Shown: piece by piece, positions 30,895 to 42,245 of the stretch | Position numbering within the stretch: position 1 is the stretch's first letter | Layout of the letters: each line of letters starts with the position of its first letter | Assembly (NCBI GenBank): GCA_963665775.2 | Contig: CAXXTF010000001.1 | Location: forward strand, 480,001-544,000 | Reading direction: 5' to 3' | DNA: 64,000 bases | Source: Dehalococcoidia bacterium | GTDB taxonomy: Bacteria > Chloroflexota > Dehalococcoidia > SM23-28-2 > RBG-16-64-32 | Notes under the pieces: generated by a model | What the model saw: only the letters and a program-made list of their open reading frames with translations | What the model was told of the DNA's origin: nothing | Database searches by the model: none | Translations under genes and position numbers: made by a program

Positions 30895-31317
30895 GTGCCG
30901 ACCATAAACCAGCTTGTGCGTCACGGACGGAAGCCTCCGGTCAAGAAGACCAAGGCGCCGGCCCTGCGTTTCCATTTTAACGCCCTCAAGAACCGGCTTC
31001 TCCGTGGGCCGGGCAGCCCCCAAAAGCGTGGCGTATGCACCAACGTGCGTACCCAGACGCCCAAGAAGCCGAACTCCGCCCTGCGCAAGGTGGCTCGTGT
31101 CCGTCTCACCAACGGCATCGAGGTCACAGCATACATCCCGGGCGAGGGTCATACCCTGCAGGAGCACTCGGTAGTCCTGATCCGGGGCGGCCGAGTCAAG
31201 GACCTGCCTGGGGTCCGCTACCATATAGTAAGAGGCACCCTGGACACCGCGGGCGTCCAGGGTCGTATGCAGCAGCGCAGCAAGTACGGGTCCCGCCGGA
31301 CCGAAGGTTCGCGCTAG
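30895..31317 (+). CDS. rpsL: 30S ribosomal protein S12
   Basis: [18 protein letters not shown] and [10 protein letters not shown] motifs. Confidence 0.98.
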   Translation: MPTINQLVRHGRKPPVKKTKAPALRFHFNALKNRLLRGPGSPQKRGVCTNVRTQTPKKPNSALRKVARVRLTNGIEVTAYIPGEGHTLQEHSVVLIRGGRVKDLPGVRYHIVRGTLDTAGVQGRMQQRSKYGSRRTEGSR

Positions 31318-31334
31318 GAGCCGGAGGATATCCA

Positions 31335-31805
31335 GTGCCGCGACGCGGTAGAGTAGTACGCCGTCAGACGCCGCCTGATGCCAAGTACGGCAGCGCCTGG
31401 ACGCAGATGATGATCAATAGAATTATGAAAAACGGTAAGAAGAGCGTGGCCGAGCGCATCATGTATCAAGCCCTTGATCAGGTTGAGGAGCGGACCCATG
31501 AAGACCCGCGTCAAGTGTTCGAGCAGGCGGTGCGCAGGGTGATGCCGATGTTAGAGGTAAAACCGCGGCGGGTGGGAGGCGCTACCTACCAGATCCCGAT
31601 AGAGGTGCGCCCCGCACGGCAGCTCTCTCTGGCAATGCGTTGGATTCTCGGAGCTGCCCGTGCCCGTCAGGGCCGGCCCATGCCCGAGAGGCTGGCCGTC
31701 GAGATCATCGACGCCTACCGCGAGCAGGGCACCGCTATCAAGCGGCGGGACGACACCCACCGTATGGCTGACGCTAACAAGGCGTTCGTCCACTACCGAT
31801 GGTAG
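31335..31805 (+). CDS. rpsG: 30S ribosomal protein S7
   Basis: GTG start PRRG; RRVGGATYQIP and MADANKAF motifs. Confidence 0.97.
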   Translation: MPRRGRVVRRQTPPDAKYGSAWTQMMINRIMKNGKKSVAERIMYQALDQVEERTHEDPRQVFEQAVRRVMPMLEVKPRRVGGATYQIPIEVRPARQLSLAMRWILGAARARQGRPMPERLAVEIIDAYREQGTAIKRRDDTHRMADANKAFVHYRW

Positions 31806-31881
31806 TGGCTAGCGGGCATGGGTTGTAGGCGTGCTCCGTGTGCACGCAGGGAAAGTAGGAGTTAGGACTAGGGCTGTGCCT

Positions 31882-33957
31882 ATGGAGATAGAAAAGGTAC
31901 GTAACATAGGGATCATCGCGCATATCGATGCCGGTAAGACCACCGTCACCGAGCGAATTCTCTACTACACCGGTCGCACCTACAAGATCGGTGACGTAGA
32001 CGCTGGCACTGCCGTTATGGACTGGATGGCCCAGGAGCGGGAGCGCGGCATCACCATCACCGCTGCCGCTACTACCACACAGTGGCAGGACCACACGATC
32101 AACATCGTGGACACCCCCGGCCATGTGGACTTCACGGTAGAAGTGGAACGAAGCCTACGCGTACTGGACGGAGGCGTCGTTGTCCTTGATGCGGTGGCCG
32201 GTGTCCAGAGCCAGTCGGAGACCGTGTGGCGTCAGGCTGACCGCTATCACGTCCCCCGCATCTGTTTCGTGAACAAGATGGACCGGGTGGGGGCCGACTT
32301 CAATAACACGGTCGATATGATCCGTGAGCGCCTGAACGCCCGACCCCTGCCTATCCAGATGCCTCTGGGTGGGGAGGACGCCTTTCGGGGAGTTGTCGAC
32401 CTGGTGGAGCAGGAGGCTATCCTGTTCTCGGACGACCGCGACCAGCCGCCGCAGCGGCAGCCCATCCCGGACAGCTATCGGGAGGAGGCCCAGCACCGTC
32501 GCGAACAGCTCCTGGAGGGGCTGGCCGAGGTGGATGACCAGATGCTAATCAGCTACGTCGAGCACCGCCAGGTCACGGCATCGGAGCTAAAGAAGGCGAT
32601 CCGGCGGGAGACCATGGCCGGGGTGCTGACACCGGTCCTCTGTGGCTCGGCTCTCAGGGAGAAGGGGATTCAGCCGCTCCTGGATGCAGTAGTGGCCTAT
32701 TTGCCCTCTCCGGCGGACCTTAAAGCCGTCACCGGCATTCACCCCGAGACGGGCGAGGCGCTGGAGCGATGGCCCTTGGAAAAGGAGCCCTTCTCCGCTC
32801 TGGCCTTCAAGGTCGTATCCGACCCCTACGTGGGACGGTTAGTTTACTTCCGTGTCTACTCTGGGGTTGCGGAGCAGGGCGCTATGGTGAGCAACAGCGC
32901 GCGCGACCAGCGTGAGAGGTTCGGGCGCATCATGCGGATGCATGCCAATCGCCGCGAAGATGTGGATGCGATATCCGCCGGCCAGATCGCCGCCACCGTA
33001 GGCCTCAAACACACGTTCACAGGCGATACCCTCTGCGATGTGGAGGAGCCCATCCTCCTGGAGGCGATCAAGTTTCCCGAGCCCGTTATCGCCGTGGCCA
33101 TCGAGCCCAAGACGAAGGACGACCAGGAGCGCATGTCCGAAACCCTCGCCCGTCTGTCGGAGGAGGATCCCACCTTCAAGGCGCACTACGACCGTGAGAC
33201 CGGCCAGACCGTCATCTCCGGCATGGGCGAGCTGCACCTGGAGATCATCGTAGACCGGATGCTGCGCGAGTTCAAAATGGAGGCTGATGTGGGTCGCCCA
33301 GAGGTGGCCTACAAGGAGACTATCACGGGTGCGGCTCAGGCAGAGGGTCGCTTCGTCCGCCAGTCAGGAGGCCGAGGCCAGTACGGCGTGGTCACCCTGG
33401 AGGTGGAACCGTTGCCACGGGGCGCCGGTATCCAGTTTGAGGACAAGGTCGTGGGCGGGTCCGTTCCCCGAGAGTACATCCCCGCCGTAAGGCAGGGGGT
33501 GCTAGAGGCCCTGGAGACGGGAGTGCTCGCCAACTATCCGGTGGTCGACGTCACGGTGGCCCTGGTCGATGGCCAGTACCATCCGGTGGACTCTTCGGAG
33601 TTGGCGTTCAAGATGGCCGGTTCCATGGCGGTGCAGGAAGCGATGAAGCGCGGCCGGCCCGTGATCCTGGAGCCGATAATGAAGATAGAGGCGGCCACTC
33701 CGGATCAGTTCTTCGGCGATGTGCTGGGCGATATCAGCTCCCGGCGCGGCCAGGTTATTGATGTAGACCAGCGCGGCCATCTACGGGTGATCGCGGCCCA
33801 TATCCCTCTGGCCCAGACCTTCGGTTACGCCACAGCCCTGCGCTCCCTCAGCCAGGGGCGCGCCAGCTACACTATGGAGTTCGATCACTACGAAGAGGTG
33901 CCCGTCTCCCTGGCCGAGCAGATCATGGGTCGGGTGCGAGGGGTCGTGCGGAGATAA
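31882..33957 (+). CDS. fusA: elongation factor G (start could be GTG 31876)
   Basis: [23 protein letters not shown] and GMGELHL motifs. Confidence 0.97.
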   Translation: MEIEKVRNIGIIAHIDAGKTTVTERILYYTGRTYKIGDVDAGTAVMDWMAQERERGITITAAATTTQWQDHTINIVDTPGHVDFTVEVERSLRVLDGGVVVLDAVAGVQSQSETVWRQADRYHVPRICFVNKMDRVGADFNNTVDMIRERLNARPLPIQMPLGGEDAFRGVVDLVEQEAILFSDDRDQPPQRQPIPDSYREEAQHRREQLLEGLAEVDDQMLISYVEHRQVTASELKKAIRRETMAGVLTPVLCGSALREKGIQPLLDAVVAYLPSPADLKAVTGIHPETGEALERWPLEKEPFSALAFKVVSDPYVGRLVYFRVYSGVAEQGAMVSNSARDQRERFGRIMRMHANRREDVDAISAGQIAATVGLKHTFTGDTLCDVEEPILLEAIKFPEPVIAVAIEPKTKDDQERMSETLARLSEEDPTFKAHYDRETGQTVISGMGELHLEIIVDRMLREFKMEADVGRPEVAYKETITGAAQAEGRFVRQSGGRGQYGVVTLEVEPLPRGAGIQFEDKVVGGSVPREYIPAVRQGVLEALETGVLANYPVVDVTVALVDGQYHPVDSSELAFKMAGSMAVQEAMKRGRPVILEPIMKIEAATPDQFFGDVLGDISSRRGQVIDVDQRGHLRVIAAHIPLAQTFGYATALRSLSQGRASYTMEFDHYEEVPVSLAEQIMGRVRGVVRR

Positions 33958-33961
33958 CCCG

Positions 33962-34270
33962 ATGGCTCGTCAGAAGATTCGGATCAGACTCAAGGCGTTC
34001 GACCATCGTATTCTGGACCAGTCGGCGGTTCTCATCGTGGAGGCGGCGGAGCGGACGGGCGCCGCTGTGGCCGGGCCTGTGCCCTTGCCTACGGCGATCG
34101 AGAAGTTCTGCGTAATCCGCTCCCCGCACATAGACAAAGACTCACGGGAGCAGTTCGAGATCCGTACCCATAAGCGGCTCATCGATATCCTGGAACCAAC
34201 CTCCAAGACCGTGGACGCCCTCATGCGGCTGCAGCTCCCCTTCGGTGTAGACATCGAGATCAAGCTATGA
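33962..34270 (+). CDS. rpsJ: 30S ribosomal protein S10
   Basis: [17 protein letters not shown] and SREQFE motifs. Confidence 0.98.
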   Translation: MARQKIRIRLKAFDHRILDQSAVLIVEAAERTGAAVAGPVPLPTAIEKFCVIRSPHIDKDSREQFEIRTHKRLIDILEPTSKTVDALMRLQLPFGVDIEIKL

Positions 34271-34899
34271 GCATCGAAGGCATTCTCGGCCGCAAGCTAG
34301 GCATGACCCAGATCTTCGAGAAGGACGGCACCGCCGTGCCGGTGACGGCCATCGAGGCCGGGCCCTGCATCGTCGTTCAGGTCAAGACCCAGGAGCAGGA
34401 CGGCTACCAGGCCGTGCAACTGGGCTTCGGCAGCCGCAAGCGGGTGAACTCTCCCCAGAAGGGGCATATGAAGGGGCTGGGCCAGTTCCGCTACCTGCGC
34501 GAGTTCCGCGTGGACGATCTCCCGGCCTGGGAGGTGGGGAAGAAGGTGGGCTGCGAGATATTCCAAGCCGGCGACTACGTGCATGTGTCGGGCGCTTCCA
34601 AGGGTCGCGGCTTTGCCGGGGTAATGAAGCGCCACGGCTTCCATGGTGGCCCAAAGACCCACGGCCAGTCGGATCGAGCCCGGGCCCCGGGCTCCATCGG
34701 TGCGGGCACGGATCCGGGCCGCGTCATTAAGGGGATGAAGATGGCCGGCCACATGGGAACCGGCCAGGTCACAGTAAAGAACCTGAGGGTGATCGATTCC
34801 AACCCGGCCAGCGGCATCATCATGGTCAAGGGCCCCGTTCCGGGGAACGAGGGAGAGCTTGTCAGGATTAGAATAGCCAGGAAGGGGCAGCCGAAGTGA
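34267..34899 (+). CDS. rplC: 50S ribosomal protein L3
   Basis: KLGMTQ, SKGRGF and KMAGHMG motifs. Confidence 0.97.
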   Translation: MSIEGILGRKLGMTQIFEKDGTAVPVTAIEAGPCIVVQVKTQEQDGYQAVQLGFGSRKRVNSPQKGHMKGLGQFRYLREFRVDDLPAWEVGKKVGCEIFQAGDYVHVSGASKGRGFAGVMKRHGFHGGPKTHGQSDRARAPGSIGAGTDPGRVIKGMKMAGHMGTGQVTVKNLRVIDSNPASGIIMVKGPVPGNEGELVRIRIARKGQPK

Positions 34900-35678
34900 A
34901 GCTCTCTGTCCGTAACGCCGAGGGCAAGGAGGTTCGCAAGCTGGAGGTGGACGACAGCGTCTTCGGCATTGAGCCGAATATGGCGGTGCTCCATCAGGCC
35001 TTCGTGGCCCAACGGGCTAACCAACGCTCGGGCACGGCCCAAACCAAGTCCCGTGGCGAGGTTCGGGGCAGCACGCGCAAGATTCGGATGCAGAAGTACA
35101 CCGGTCGCGCCCGCGCCGGCAGCGCTCGCTCCCCCACGCGCGTGGGCGGCGGTGTGGCCTTCGGGCCCCGGCGCCGGGACTACAGCCAGGCCCTTCCCAA
35201 GAAGATGCGTCGCTTGGCGATACGCTCTGCCCTCTCCGGCAAGGTGGCCGACGAGCAGCTCGTGGTCGTCGACAAACTGTCCATGGAGTCGCCCAAGACC
35301 CGGGAGATGCTGCGGATACTCCGCAACGTGGGCATTGAACGCGCGGCCCTCATCGTGATCGGCCAAACGGACCGGATGGTGCTGGCCAGCATCCGCAACC
35401 TGGAGAAGACGAAGGTGTTGCCCGCCGCCTACCTCAACGTCGTCGACATGCTGACCCATCGCGACGTCTTGATGACGGAGGATGCGGTACGGGTGGCCGA
35501 GGAGCTCTGGGGTGAGAAGCGAGCCCCGGCCGCTCCCGTTGCCGAGAGCGCACCCAAGCGCCGACGCCCCGCCAAGGAGAAGGCACCGGCCGCCGAGGCA
35601 TCGGCCACGGAGGCACCGCCGGTGGCGAAGCCGCGGCGAAGGACCCGCAAGACAGCTGCCGATGGGGGGGAGGGCTAG
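34896..35678 (+). CDS. rplD: 50S ribosomal protein L4 with C-terminal extension
   Basis: TKSRGEVRG, QKYTGRARAG and GGGVAFGP motifs. Confidence 0.96.
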   Translation: MKLSVRNAEGKEVRKLEVDDSVFGIEPNMAVLHQAFVAQRANQRSGTAQTKSRGEVRGSTRKIRMQKYTGRARAGSARSPTRVGGGVAFGPRRRDYSQALPKKMRRLAIRSALSGKVADEQLVVVDKLSMESPKTREMLRILRNVGIERAALIVIGQTDRMVLASIRNLEKTKVLPAAYLNVVDMLTHRDVLMTEDAVRVAEELWGEKRAPAAPVAESAPKRRRPAKEKAPAAEASATEAPPVAKPRRRTRKTAADGGEG

Positions 35679-35681
35679 ACT

Positions 35682-35981
35682 ATGGCCAAGGCGCCTCATC
35701 CCCTGGACGTGATCGTGCGGCCCCTCATCACGGAGAAGGCAACTCGCCTGGCAGGCGAGAACAAGTACGCTTTTGAGGTTCTCCCTCACGTCAACAAGGT
35801 GCAGATCAAGGAGGCAGTGGAGAAGGCGTTCGAGGTGCGGGTGGTGGACGTCAACACCATGGTCATGAAGGGCAAGGCCCGTCGAACCCGCGGCGGTCGG
35901 ATCAAGCACCGGCCGGATTGGAAGAAAGCGATGGTCACCCTCGTCCAGGGTGACAAGCTGGAGCTGTTTGAGGGAATATAG
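35682..35981 (+). CDS. rplW: 50S ribosomal protein L23
   Basis: PLITEK and WKKA motifs; operon position. Confidence 0.96.
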   Translation: MAKAPHPLDVIVRPLITEKATRLAGENKYAFEVLPHVNKVQIKEAVEKAFEVRVVDVNTMVMKGKARRTRGGRIKHRPDWKKAMVTLVQGDKLELFEGI

Positions 35982-35982
35982 G

Positions 35983-36813
35983 ATGGCGATAAAGGTGTTC
36001 AAACCGACATCGCCCGGGCGGCGGGGCGCTACAGGCCCCAGCTTCGATGAGATTACCCGCTCCCGGCCCGAGAAGTCGCTGCTCAAACCGAAGAAGAGGA
36101 CCGGCGGCAGGAACAACCAGGGCCGCCTTACCGTGCGCCACCGGGGCGGCGGCGCCAAACGCCGGCTGCGGATCATCGACTTCAAGCGGGACAAGTACGG
36201 CGTGCCGGGGAGGGTGGCCACTATCGAGTACGATCCGAACCGCTCCGCCCGCATCGCCCTGATCCACTACGTCGATGGAGAGAAGCGATACATCATATGT
36301 CCCGTAGGGCTAAGCGTGAACGATAACGTCATGTCCGGGCCGGAGGCCGAGATCAAGCCGGGTAACGCCTTGCCTTTGAAGAACATCCCCTCCGGCACCA
36401 CGATCCATAACCTGGAGTTGCACAAGGGCAAGGGAGCGCAGATGGTCCGAGGCGCCGGCGTCTCCGCCCAACTGCTGGCCCGCGAAGAGAACTACGCCCT
36501 GGTCCGTCTCCCCTCTGGGGAAACGCGGCGCATCTTTGCTGAATGTATGGCCACGGTGGGTCAGGTGGGCAACCCGGAGCACAGCCAGATCAAGCTGGGC
36601 AAGGCCGGTCGCAACCGGCTCTTGGGCCGCCGCCCGCACGTGCGCGGCACCGCGATGAACCCTCGCGATCACCCGCATGGCGGCGGCGAGGGTCGCGCTC
36701 CTATCGGTATGCCAGGCCCCAAGACCCCCTGGGGCAAGCCGGCCCTGGGCTATCGCACACGGCGGCGCAAGGACACGAACAAGTACATCGTTCGCCGCCG
36801 GTACGAGGCGTAA
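35983..36813 (+). CDS. rplB: 50S ribosomal protein L2
   Basis: [14 protein letters not shown] and [13 protein letters not shown] motifs. Confidence 0.98.
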   Translation: MAIKVFKPTSPGRRGATGPSFDEITRSRPEKSLLKPKKRTGGRNNQGRLTVRHRGGGAKRRLRIIDFKRDKYGVPGRVATIEYDPNRSARIALIHYVDGEKRYIICPVGLSVNDNVMSGPEAEIKPGNALPLKNIPSGTTIHNLELHKGKGAQMVRGAGVSAQLLAREENYALVRLPSGETRRIFAECMATVGQVGNPEHSQIKLGKAGRNRLLGRRPHVRGTAMNPRDHPHGGGEGRAPIGMPGPKTPWGKPALGYRTRRRKDTNKYIVRRRYEA

Positions 36814-36821
36814 GGGGAATC

Positions 36822-37112
36822 ATGTCTAGATCCACGAAGAAAGGCCCCTACGCCGACCCGAAGCTGCTGGCGAAGGTGCTGAAGGTACAGCAGTCCGGCG
36901 AGAAGTCGGTCATCCGCACCTGGTCCCGTCGCTCGACCATTCTGCCGGAGATGGTGAGTCTCACCATCGCGGTGCACGATGGCCGGCGCCACGTGCCGAT
37001 CTTCATCACGGAGAATATGGTGGGCCACAAGTTGGGCGAGTTTGCCCTGACGCGGACCTTCCGCGGACATAGCGGGCGCTCAGCGCAGGTGTCCCAGGTG
37101 AGGAGAAGGTAG
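36822..37112 (+). CDS. rpsS: 30S ribosomal protein S19
   Basis: MSRSTKKGP and MVGHKLGEF motifs. Confidence 0.97.
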   Translation: MSRSTKKGPYADPKLLAKVLKVQQSGEKSVIRTWSRRSTILPEMVSLTIAVHDGRRHVPIFITENMVGHKLGEFALTRTFRGHSGRSAQVSQVRRR

Positions 37113-37119
37113 GCTAGCC

Positions 37120-37458
37120 GTGGAGGTCAGGTCCTTTAGCCGTAACGCTCCCATAGCGCCCAAGAAGGCGCGCCTCATCCTGAACCAGGTCCGTGGCAAG
37201 CGCCTGGATGAGGCGATGTCCGTACTGCGCTTCATGCCTACGCCGCACGCGCGGCTAGTGGCTAAGGTGGTGCGCTCGGCTGCCGCCAACGCGGAGAACA
37301 ACTATAGCATGCAGCCCCGCAACCTGCGGATCGCGCAGGCCTTTGTCGGCGACGGCCTCCGTTACCGTCGTCTGCTGCCGCGGGCCCGTGGCCGGGCCGA
37401 TACCATGCGGCGGCGGCGCAGCAACATTACGATCATCGTGCAGGAAGAGGAAGAGTAA
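37120..37458 (+). CDS. rplV: 50S ribosomal protein L22
   Basis: PKKAR, SAAANAENN and PRARGRA motifs. Confidence 0.96.
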   Translation: MEVRSFSRNAPIAPKKARLILNQVRGKRLDEAMSVLRFMPTPHARLVAKVVRSAAANAENNYSMQPRNLRIAQAFVGDGLRYRRLLPRARGRADTMRRRRSNITIIVQEEEE

Positions 37459-37459
37459 G

Positions 37460-38434
37460 ATGGGTCAGAAGGTTCACCCCCACGGCTTCCGCCTGGGCTA
37501 CATCTATGACTGGAGCAGCAAGTGGTTCGCCGATCGGAACTACACCGCCCTGCTCCACGAGGATCTCTCCATTCGGCGTACCATCAGCGACCTCTTTCCC
37601 GAGGCTGGCGTCTCGCGGGTGGAGATCGAGCGGAACGCCAATCAGGTCACGGTAGCCATTCACACGGCTCGTCCCGGCATCGTCATCGGCCGCGGCGGGT
37701 CGAGGGTGGACGAACTACGAAATAAGCTGGAGGCCGTTATCGGCCGCCGCGTTCGGGTGAACATCAACGAGATACGAATGCCAGAGATCGAGGCGCCGCT
37801 GGTGGCCAAGGCTGTGGCCGAGCAGATCGAGCGCCGGGTGTCCCATCGTCGGGCGATCAAGCAGGCGGCGGCCCGGGCGATGCAGCGGGGAGCGCAAGGG
37901 GTCAAGATCAGAGTCGCCGGCCGCCTGGGCGGCTCCGACATGTCCCGGAACGACCAGGAAAGGCAGGGCCGCGTCCCTTTGCACACGCTCAGGGCTGACA
38001 TAGATTACGGCACTGCCGAAGCCCGTACCAAGCTCGGTCGGATCGGCGTCAAGGCCTGGATCTACAAGGGCGACATTATATTCGAGCGCCAGACGCCCGC
38101 CCGTCCCGGCCAGTCCGAGGAGGGTGAGACCCCGGCCACCCAGGCGCCAGCCGAGAACGCAGCCCGTGAGACCCCGGCCACCCAGGCGCCAGCCGAGAAC
38201 GCAGCCCGTGAGACCCCGGCCGCCCAGGCGCCAGTAGAGGACGCGGCCAGTGAGGCGCCGGCCGCCCAGGCGCCAGTAGAGGACGCGGCCAGTGAGGCGC
38301 CGGCTGCCCAGGCGCCAGCAGAGGACGCAGACAGCGGAGCGCCAGCCACCCAGGCGCCAGCGGAGAACGCAGCCGGTGAGGCCCCGGCTCCGGCCGACAG
38401 CCCGCAGGGCGAGGACGCCGATGCTTCAGCCTAA
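37460..38434 (+). CDS. rpsC: 30S ribosomal protein S3 with repetitive C-terminal tail
   Basis: [13 protein letters not shown] and [14 protein letters not shown] motifs. Confidence 0.97.
   Translation: MGQKVHPHGFRLGYIYDWSSKWFADRNYTALLHEDLSIRRTISDLFPEAGVSRVEIERNANQVTVAIHTARPGIVIGRGGSRVDELRNKLEAVIGRRVRVNINEIRMPEIEAPLVAKAVAEQIERRVSHRRAIKQAAARAMQRGAQGVKIRVAGRLGGSDMSRNDQERQGRVPLHTLRADIDYGTAEARTKLGRIGVKAWIYKGDIIFERQTPARPGQSEEGETPATQAPAENAARETPATQAPAENAARETPAAQAPVEDAASEAPAAQAPVEDAASEAPAAQAPAEDADSGAPATQAPAENAAGEAPAPADSPQGEDADASA
38126..38377 (+). repeat. 42-bp (14-aa) tandem repeat x6 in the rpsC tail
   Basis: [14 protein letters not shown]-like units. Confidence 0.9.
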
Positions 38435-38834
38435 GAGAACCAAGTACCGTAAGGCCCATCGGGGCCGCCGCCGCGGACGCGCCGCCACCGGCAACAACGT
38501 GGCCTTTGGCGACTTCGGCCTGCAGGCCTTGGGGGCCTGCTGGATGAGCGCCCGGCAGATCGAGGCGGGCCGCCGAGCTGTGACCCGCTACGTGCGTCGC
38601 GGCGGCAAGCTGTGGATTCGGGTCTTCCCTGATAAGCCCATCACCAAGAAGCCGCTGGAGGTCCGTCAGGGCTCCGGTAAAGGCCCGGTAGAGGGGTGGG
38701 TGGCCGTGGTTAAGCCCGGCCGCATCATCTACGAGATAGCCGGCGTGCAGGAGGAGACGGCGCGGGAGGCGATGCGTCTGGCTTCCCACAAACTGCCTAT
38801 CCCCACCCGCTTCGTCGGGCGCGAGGCGATGTAG
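38421..38834 (+). CDS. rplP: 50S ribosomal protein L16
   Basis: [20 protein letters not shown] and KLP motifs. Confidence 0.97.
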   Translation: MLQPKRTKYRKAHRGRRRGRAATGNNVAFGDFGLQALGACWMSARQIEAGRRAVTRYVRRGGKLWIRVFPDKPITKKPLEVRQGSGKGPVEGWVAVVKPGRIIYEIAGVQEETAREAMRLASHKLPIPTRFVGREAM

Positions 38835-38836
38835 TC

Positions 38837-39073
38837 ATGGCCAAGAAACTGAAGACCAAGACCGAGGAGATACGTAAGTTGTCCGAGGTCGATCTCGCCA
38901 AGGAGCTAGAGGAGGCGCACCGCCGCCTCTTCTCCGTGCGTTTGCAGACAAAGACACACCAGGTAACGAACCACCGGGAGCTACCGAGACTCCGGCGGCA
39001 GGTAGCCCGTCTGAAGACGATCAAGCACGAGCGTGAACTGGCCAGCGGTCGGTCTGTTCAGGGGGTATCCTGA
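38837..39073 (+). CDS. rpmC: 50S ribosomal protein L29
   Basis: EIRKLS...RRQVARLKT; operon position. Confidence 0.92.
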   Translation: MAKKLKTKTEEIRKLSEVDLAKELEEAHRRLFSVRLQTKTHQVTNHRELPRLRRQVARLKTIKHERELASGRSVQGVS

Positions 39074-39075
39074 CT

Positions 39076-39813
39076 ATGGCCGCCCGGGGGCAGTATGGCG
39101 GACGCAAGGTGCGCGAAGGTGTCGTCGTGAGCGATAAGATGCGGAAGACCGTGATAGTGGCCGTGGAAGCCAATATGCGCCACCGTCTGTACAAGAAGGT
39201 TGTCCGTCGCGTGCGGCGTTATATGGCTCATGATGAGTCCGACGGCTGCAGCCTGGGCGACCGCGTTCGCATCGTGGAGCAGCGACCCCTCTCCCGCCAC
39301 AAGCGCTGGCAGGTGATAGAGGTGCTGCGGCGCGCCGAACTGACGGAGTTGGCTGCGGAGTCGATCGATCTGGACCTGCTGGGCGAGGTGAAGGCGGAGG
39401 CGGAGGCGGCGGCCAGCGAGGAAGCGCCGGCGGCTGCGGTTGCGGAGGAGGCCGCCCCTGAGGTCGAGTCGGCAGCAGAGGAGGCAGCGACCGAGGCGGA
39501 GGCGGAGGCGCAGGCCAGCGAAGAAGCGCCGGCGGCCGCGGTTGCGGAGGAGGCCGCCCCTGAGGTCGAGTCGGCAGCAGAGGAGGCAGCGACCGAGGCG
39601 GAGGCGGAGGCGGCGGCCAGCGAGGAAGCGCCGGCGGCCGCGGTTGCGGAGGAGGCCGCCCCTGAGGTCGAGTCGGCAGCAGAGGAGGCAGCGACCGAGG
39701 CGGAGGCGGAGGCGCAGGCGGAGGCGCAGGCCAGCGAAGAAGCGCCGGCGGCTGCGGTTGCGGAGGAGGAGTCGCAGGAGGCGGAACCAGAGGGAGATGA
39801 GGAGCGACCGTGA
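39076..39813 (+). CDS. rpsQ: 30S ribosomal protein S17 with long acidic repetitive tail
   Basis: [15 protein letters not shown] and RPLSRHKRW motifs, then ~150 aa Ala/Glu tail. Confidence 0.95.
   Translation: MAARGQYGGRKVREGVVVSDKMRKTVIVAVEANMRHRLYKKVVRRVRRYMAHDESDGCSLGDRVRIVEQRPLSRHKRWQVIEVLRRAELTELAAESIDLDLLGEVKAEAEAAASEEAPAAAVAEEAAPEVESAAEEAATEAEAEAQASEEAPAAAVAEEAAPEVESAAEEAATEAEAEAAASEEAPAAAVAEEAAPEVESAAEEAATEAEAEAQAEAQASEEAPAAAVAEEESQEAEPEGDEERP
39393..39770 (+). repeat. 102-bp (34-aa) tandem repeat, ~3.5 copies, in the rpsQ tail
   Basis: CCTGAGGTCGAGTCGGCAGCAGAG at 39457, 39559 and 39661. Confidence 0.92.
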
Positions 39814-40178
39814 TCCAGTCTAATTCTCGCCTTAAGATCGCGGACAACTCCGGCGCGCGCCAGATCATGTGCATAAAGGTGCTGGGAGGCTCCAAGCGGC
39901 GCTACGGCCGCGTGGGGGACCTCATCGTGGCCAGCGTCAAGCAGGCGACCCCCATGGGTGGCGTGAAGAAAGGAGAGGTGGTGCGGGCGGTGGTCGTGCG
40001 GGTAGCGCAGCCCTACCGCCGCCGCGACGGCTCCTATATCCGCTTCGATGAGAACGCCGCCGTCGTCCTTTCGGATTCCTTCAACCCGCGTGGCACTCGC
40101 ATCTTCGGTCCCGTGGCCCGGGAGCTGCGGGAGAAGAACTTCATGAAGATCGTCTCCCTGGCTCCGGAGGTAGTGTAG
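39810..40178 (+). CDS. rplN: 50S ribosomal protein L14
   Basis: [18 protein letters not shown] and SLAPEV motifs. Confidence 0.98.
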   Translation: MIQSNSRLKIADNSGARQIMCIKVLGGSKRRYGRVGDLIVASVKQATPMGGVKKGEVVRAVVVRVAQPYRRRDGSYIRFDENAAVVLSDSFNPRGTRIFGPVARELREKNFMKIVSLAPEVV

Positions 40179-40180
40179 AT

Positions 40181-40495
40181 ATGCAGCGGGTCAGGCGTGA
40201 GGACACAGTGCTGGTGGTGAAGGGGAAGGATCGCGGTCGCAGCGGCAGCGTGCGGAAGGTGATACCGGACAAGAAGAAGGTCATTATCACCGGGATCAAC
40301 ATCGTGAAGCGCCACATGCGCCCTCGTGGTCCGCAGCAGCCGGGCGGCATCATAGAGCGCGAGGCCCCAATCGCCTGGGCCAACGTGGCTCTCATCTGCC
40401 AGGGCTGTAACAAGCCCGTGCGCGTCGGCTTCCGTGTCTTGCCTGACAGCCGCAAGGTTCGCTACTGTAAGAGATGTGATGCTAACTTTGATTAG
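40181..40495 (+). CDS. rplX: 50S ribosomal protein L24
   Basis: GKDRG and [10 protein letters not shown] motifs. Confidence 0.96.
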   Translation: MQRVRREDTVLVVKGKDRGRSGSVRKVIPDKKKVIITGINIVKRHMRPRGPQQPGGIIEREAPIAWANVALICQGCNKPVRVGFRVLPDSRKVRYCKRCDANFD

Positions 40496-40506
40496 GTGCC
40501 TGTAAG

Positions 40507-41055
40507 ATGATTCCGAGAATGAAGGAGAAATACCGCGACGAGGTGCTGCCCAGCCTCCTGAAGGAGTTCCAACACCGCAACGTCATGGAGGTGGCGCGTG
40601 TCCAGAAGGTGACGGTGAACATCGGCTTGGGCGAAGCGATCCAGAACGGCAAGGCGCTGGATGCTGCCTCCGCCGACATCGCGACGATCACCGGTCAGAG
40701 GCCGGTCAGCACCCGGGCCAAGAGGTCGATCGCCAACTTCAAGCTGCGGGAGGGCATGCCCATCGGCGCCATGACTACGCTGCACGGGGACCGCATGTGG
40801 GAGTTTCTGGACCGGATGATAAACGCCGCCCTGCCCCGCGTTCGCGATTTCCAGGGCGTCTCGCCCAACTCCTTCGACGGCCGGGGCAACTTCAGCCTGG
40901 GTATCCGTGAGCAGTTGATTTTTTCCGAGATCGAGTACGATTCGGTGGACCGGATACGCGGCCTGCAGGTCACCATCGGCACCACCGCCAGGACTGACGA
41001 GGAGGGCAAGCGGCTCCTGGAACTCTTGGGAATGCCCTTCGCCAGAAGCGGATGA
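40507..41055 (+). CDS. rplE: 50S ribosomal protein L5
   Basis: ITGQRP, FKLREG and PRVRDF motifs. Confidence 0.97.
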   Translation: MIPRMKEKYRDEVLPSLLKEFQHRNVMEVARVQKVTVNIGLGEAIQNGKALDAASADIATITGQRPVSTRAKRSIANFKLREGMPIGAMTTLHGDRMWEFLDRMINAALPRVRDFQGVSPNSFDGRGNFSLGIREQLIFSEIEYDSVDRIRGLQVTIGTTARTDEEGKRLLELLGMPFARSG

Positions 41056-41092
41056 TCCTAGAGATGATCCCGCACACAGATAAGGAGAGGTT

Positions 41093-41281
41093 GTGACCCG
41101 TAAGGCGCTCTATGAGAAGACCTTCCATAAGCAGCCGAAGTTTGCGGTTCGGCTGCATAGCCGCTGTCGCTTGTGTGGAAGGTCACGGGCCTATATGCGG
41201 AAGTTCGCCCTCTGTCGCATCTGTTTCCGCGGCCTGGCCCTGCTGGGTCACCTGCCTGGCGTCAAGAAGTCGAGCTGGTAA
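41093..41281 (+). CDS. rpsZ: 30S ribosomal protein S14, type Z (Zn-binding)
   Basis: RCRLCGR...LCRICFR...PGVKKSSW; 62 aa. Confidence 0.95.
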   Translation: MTRKALYEKTFHKQPKFAVRLHSRCRLCGRSRAYMRKFALCRICFRGLALLGHLPGVKKSSW

Positions 41282-41290
41282 GGGCGAGCC

Positions 41291-41686
41291 ATGAATACCG
41301 ATCCCATCGCTGATATGCTGACCCGGATCCGGAACGCCTTGCAGGCCCGGCACGATTACACGGATATGCCGGCCTCAAAGCTGAAGATCGCCCTGGCGCA
41401 GGTACTCAAGACGGAGGGGTACGTCCGGGGCTTCGAGGTGAAGAGTGAGGGGCACAGACGAGATATCCGCATCCATCTCGCATATCTCGCTAATCGGGAG
41501 CCTACCATCACGGGGCTGCAACGGGTGAGCAAGCCCGGCCTGCGCGTACACGCCCAGCGTCGTGAGATCCCCCGGGTGTACGGCGGTTTGGGCATCGCCA
41601 TTATGTCCACCGCGGAGGGCCTCCTCACCGGTAAGGAAGCCCGGCGCCGGGGTGTTGGCGGCGAGGTTCTCTGCTATGTGTGGTGA
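41291..41686 (+). CDS. rpsH: 30S ribosomal protein S8
   Basis: DPIADMLTRIRN, SKPGLR and GGEV motifs. Confidence 0.97.
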   Translation: MNTDPIADMLTRIRNALQARHDYTDMPASKLKIALAQVLKTEGYVRGFEVKSEGHRRDIRIHLAYLANREPTITGLQRVSKPGLRVHAQRREIPRVYGGLGIAIMSTAEGLLTGKEARRRGVGGEVLCYVW

Positions 41687-41692
41687 TCTGAT

Positions 41693-42232
41693 ATGTCACG
41701 AATAGGAAGCATGCCCATATCGATTCCCAGCGGTGTGGATGTCCGTATTCAGGGCAGCAGCGTGACAGTGAAGGGACCCAGGGGGGAGCTGCATCGCGAT
41801 GTTGACCCTGACATGCGGCTTGCGGTCACGGATGGCCAGCTCCTGGTCTCCCGACCGTCGGAGCAGCAGCGCCATAGGGCCCAGCACGGGCTCACGCGGA
41901 CCCTCCTGGCCAACATGGTGATCGGCGTCAGCGAAGGGTATACCAAGGCCCTGGAGATGCAGGGCGTGGGCTATCGGGCCCAGATGCAGGGCAGCGACCT
42001 GGTGCTGGCGGTAGGCTACTCTCATCCCGTGCGGGTACCGCCGCCGCCAGGCATAGAGTTCGAGGTTGACGGCAACACTAGGCTGCTGGTGAAGGGGATA
42101 AGCAAGGAGCTGGTGGGGCAGGTGGCTGCCGACGTCCGTAAGGTGCGGCCGCCGGAGCCTTACAAAGGGAAGGGGATCCGCTACGTGGGCGAGTATGTGC
42201 GTCGCAAGGCGGGCAAGGCCGGTAAGGCATAG
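41693..42232 (+). CDS. rplF: 50S ribosomal protein L6
   Basis: MSRIG and PEPYKGKGIRY motifs. Confidence 0.97.
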   Translation: MSRIGSMPISIPSGVDVRIQGSSVTVKGPRGELHRDVDPDMRLAVTDGQLLVSRPSEQQRHRAQHGLTRTLLANMVIGVSEGYTKALEMQGVGYRAQMQGSDLVLAVGYSHPVRVPPPPGIEFEVDGNTRLLVKGISKELVGQVAADVRKVRPPEPYKGKGIRYVGEYVRRKAGKAGKA

Positions 42233-42245
42233 TGGATAGAGATCG

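Noticed and set aside
38126-39770. CRISPR array suggested by the periodic repeats
   Set aside because: Repeats are contiguous, in-frame coding units without unique spacers; no cas genes
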